Part shown: positions 63,001-64,000 of the stretch, piece after piece
Layout of the letters: each line of letters begins with the position of its first letter
Numbering within the stretch: position 1 is the first letter of the stretch
From: Gekko japonicus
Lineage: Eukaryota
Direction of reading: 5' to 3'
Length of the DNA stretch: 64,000 bases
NCBI RefSeq assembly: GCF_001447785.1
Contig: NW_015164217.1
Coordinates: forward strand, 111,577-175,576
Translations under genes and position numbers: made by a program
The notes under the pieces: generated by a model
Told to the model about the DNA's origin: nothing
Seen by the model: only the letters and a program-made list of their open reading frames with translations
Databases searched by the model: none

Positions 63001-64000
63001 GTTATTTCTAAGCTGTTTAGTGATGGCTTGTGCTAAGGTATCCTAGTTTCCTCTGTCGTGATTGGCTGCGTAATAAAGACCTTCTAGTGGTCCTAAAGCC
63101 GTACAGAGTATCCTATCAGAAAGATCCGCTTAGGTCCAATCAGACCTCATGAAAGTAGTTACACTGTATATAGTTCAGTTTGGAACAGTCTAAGTTTGGA
63201 CGCCGCTCTTCACAGAGTCAGATTAGAGCGGAGTAACGTTCTGAATAAAAGCCTTGCATTGATAATCATCTCCCACCTTTCAATACATAAAAGGGGTCTC
63301 CAAAAGTCAGCCGCAACTTGACCACGCTTTCCACCATCCAGTTATCCATCTCCGCGGAGCCTCCCGTATGCACCCCGCACTAGCTACTCAACCACGTCTG
63401 CAGCACTTTTAAATTGGGTTTAAAATTGGATCGCATTCACCCTTCGTTCAAGGTTGCCAACAGGCAGCCTGGAGAAAAATGACCCGTCCCTTTTCACAGA
63501 GGATTCATTTGCAGAAACTGGAAGTTGACGCTTTTCGGGTTAGGGAGGTAAATAGCATCCCATTAATGCCTCTACGAAAGGTTCATGATTATTATTTTAT
63601 TCCAGGCCAGCCGGCAGCCTTAGAGCTGAGACGTGGCATATTCTCCTGACAGCAAGATCGGAATCTAGCCCCCTGCCCTTTGCTATCCGAGGTTGCCAAC
63701 TTCCTTACCGATAGCCTGCTCCTCTGCCTTTAGTGGAGGCAGTGCTAAGGAATGCAACGTGGCTACGAAAAGATGACTTTGGATGTCCCTGGTTCCAAAC
63801 TCGCCTGGGCTGTAGACTCCCGAGGTGATAATCCTTTCTGCACCCCTTCCGGTCTGCAAAAGGGAACGTCGAGGAAATGCCCGTTGCTCAAACAGCATTG
63901 CGGGATTTGACCAAGTCCCGGTTCTCAACCACATCTCGCCCGATGTCTCTCAAAGTGCCCGAGCATGGCCCTGAGGCAAGGCTGGCCCATCTTCTCACAT

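Overview
Vertebrate genomic DNA, most likely a squamate reptile and probably a gecko. This is inferred from the repeats: Sauria SINE, 5S-headed SINE, Squam3-like SINE, BovB, CR1 and L2. Four spliced genes can be reconstructed with phase-consistent GT-AG junctions. (1) A minus-strand IRGQ orthologue (exon 6402-5810 plus exon 256-<1, running off the window). It has two IRG GTPase modules, and the second keeps an intact GESGAGKS P-loop. (2) A second two-module IRG gene of 616 aa on the plus strand (18840-19522 + 21722-22889), divergent from the first and with the same phase-2 intron. Its N-terminal module has lost the P-loop lysine, while its C-terminal module has complete G1-G5 motifs. (3) ZNF576 (39183-38961 + 37505-36988, 246 aa, 5 C2H2 fingers). 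(4) A ZNF428/ZNF576-like gene (50166-50082 + 48249-47681, 217 aa, 3 fingers) that also ends in HARGEL. CpG islands with ETS/NRF1 motifs, an ISRE-like site between the two IRG genes and a divergent pair of CTCF-like motifs are visible. The rest is dense in SINEs, LINE fragments and several hAT MITE families with 8-bp TSDs, and there are five N gaps. The best candidate for something new is the head-to-head pair of tandem-GTPase IRG genes. Comparisons to human proteins and gene order are from memory and need database confirmation.
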